Shown: in pieces, positions 62,285 to 64,000 of the stretch
Layout of the letters: each line of letters opens with the position of its first letter
Position numbering within the stretch: the stretch's first letter is position 1
Assembly (NCBI RefSeq): GCF_018977255.1
Contig: NW_024704742.1
Span: 36,210,001-36,274,000 of the forward strand
From: Callorhinchus milii
Taxonomy: Eukaryota
DNA length: 64,000 bases
Direction: 5' to 3'
Notes under the pieces: generated by a model
Told to the model about the DNA's origin: nothing
Seen by the model: the letters and a program-made list of their open reading frames with translations, nothing else
Databases searched by the model: none
Translations under genes and position numbers: made by a program

Positions 62285-64000
62285 TGAGTCTCAGCCATTA
62301 TCTCGTGTTTCCCCATGGAGTACAAGTGGGGATGGATATTGCCTGCGCTCAGGACATCAGTAATAATTACCCTTGTGTCAATTAACTATGGATTATTGAA
62401 TGTCTGAATTCGTGAGAATTTGTTTTTAGAAAAAAACTTTCTTCAATAGTCTTTTCTCAAGCCTTTTTTATCTGTCTTCGCCAAATACTATATTGCGGCA
62501 TTATACATTATTCAGGTAAGGCTGATGGAACACGTCGTGCGGCATATGGATGACAAAACGGCAATTACTATACATGAGTGATTAATAAACAGACTTTTTT
62601 TAATGTAAGAATAAAGCCACAATGTTATTCAATGACACACAATCACCAAATATATTTTATACAATTTAGGACATGGGTCAACATCCCCATTCATCTTTCA
62701 GTAGCAGTGAGTCTTTGGACATTGCTGAGCTTTTTCTTTGTCAATCAGACAAAGAAAAAGCTACTCTGCAAAAGCTACTGGAGTGAATGACTGACTCCAA
62801 TATTTCCTGCTCAAAACACCATCAGCTAACATCCGTCTTCAGTGTGCAAGAAAAAAAAGTAGCAGTTTTCTATACTTTATCACATTGAGGCATATTTGTG
62901 CTTTACACTAATTACTGTTAATTGGTGACAGGTTTTGCAGGCAAACATGCATCAGAAGCCGAGGGCATCACTATTTGAAATCAGGATTGTCCGAAAACAA
63001 GGTCAAAATCTGTTTTTTCAAACAGTTGGCAGTGGGGCTATTAAAGTTTGACCTAACCAAGTCAGGAAACAAGTAGAATCTGCACCTTGGCAGAATTTAT
63101 CACACAGCACAGGCCAAGCAATTGCACAAAATGTCATTGAGAGAGCTCAGCTGCTTAACTCCATAAATTTAAAGAAAACAGATAGGGCTGACATGTTGAT
63201 AAAGTTTTAGAAAAATATTAGGTGCATCCAATATTTGCTTAATTCTGAAGTGTATTATTACAATTCTCTGGTGAGCAAAACTACAAACAGTAAGTGTAAA
63301 AATTGTGCATGTTACATTAACTAAAACTCTGGAAAATCTCATCTAAAACGAGGAATTTTAATATCCTAGCTCTTGTACCCACATGAAACAATGGGGCCTA
63401 TCGCGTGCCCCTTGCTAGTAATCTTTTCATAACACTTTTCTAATAGGAAAACTTTCAATATTTGGATCCACATTACTCCGTTTCTTTCCTTTGAAAGCGT
63501 AATCAAAAACATTCAAATCAATCATCGCACAGACGTCGTTTTGTACTGAGAGTTAGGTTTACTGTTAACTGAGAGTGATTACCAAGCAGAAATGTAATCT
63601 ATTGATAGCATCTCACAAAGGCATGGCTGGATCCCTGCAGAGGTGACCCATTCTATCTGTCTCTCACAGTTGGCAAACAATCACGTTTGAGGACACCAGC
63701 ATATTTTGAGTGAATAAAAAGAGAAGGTTTAAAACATTGATGGCTTCAACATTATTCAGAAAATGTGATCAAGTGATAATAAAGATCAGATTTGCACACT
63801 AAGTAACTCATGGTACCTTTACCTTGACTGCCTGGTCATGCACTAGTCCAGACACCACCAATTGGTATTCTTGCTCTAACTGATGGTGTTGCACCTGCAG
63901 CCGACTATCAAAGGGAACAAACAAAACAGCCAGTCAGTGACAAAGAACTTAACAACACAAAAAACACAATTTAACAGGCGTTGGAAATTTAAAACTCTGT

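Overview
Eukaryotic, AT-rich, repeat-dense non-coding DNA: a large intron or intergenic region. The repeat content points to a cartilaginous fish, possibly a chimaera/holocephalan (inference from the repeat families, not certain). I recognise no host protein-coding gene. Every ORF with a recognisable product comes from a decayed retrotransposon. These are two 5'-truncated CR1-type LINEs (about 24.2-26.8 kb and 27.7-30.9 kb) and many L2-type LINE fragments. There are about ten near-full-length copies of a tRNA-Ala(TGC)-headed SINE that shares its 3' tail with the L2, older Deu-domain SINEs, a Penelope-like terminal fragment with a degenerate hammerhead core, and small TIR elements. The most notable unexplained structures are four. 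(1) A family of about 600 bp that I cannot name, present in 4 copies, with a common A-tailed 3' end, terminal hairpins and 5' truncation. (2) A SINE copy carrying an 84-bp inverted templated insertion plus a fold-back hairpin. (3) A compensatory base-pair swap in a SINE anticodon stem. (4) An apparent SINE subfamily series whose tail converges on the local L2 tail. Several unique stretches look like cis-regulatory elements (TGACA cluster, Pbx-Hox and CTCF-like motifs). I see no convincing evidence of a new protein-based system. Boundaries of old repeats are approximate.
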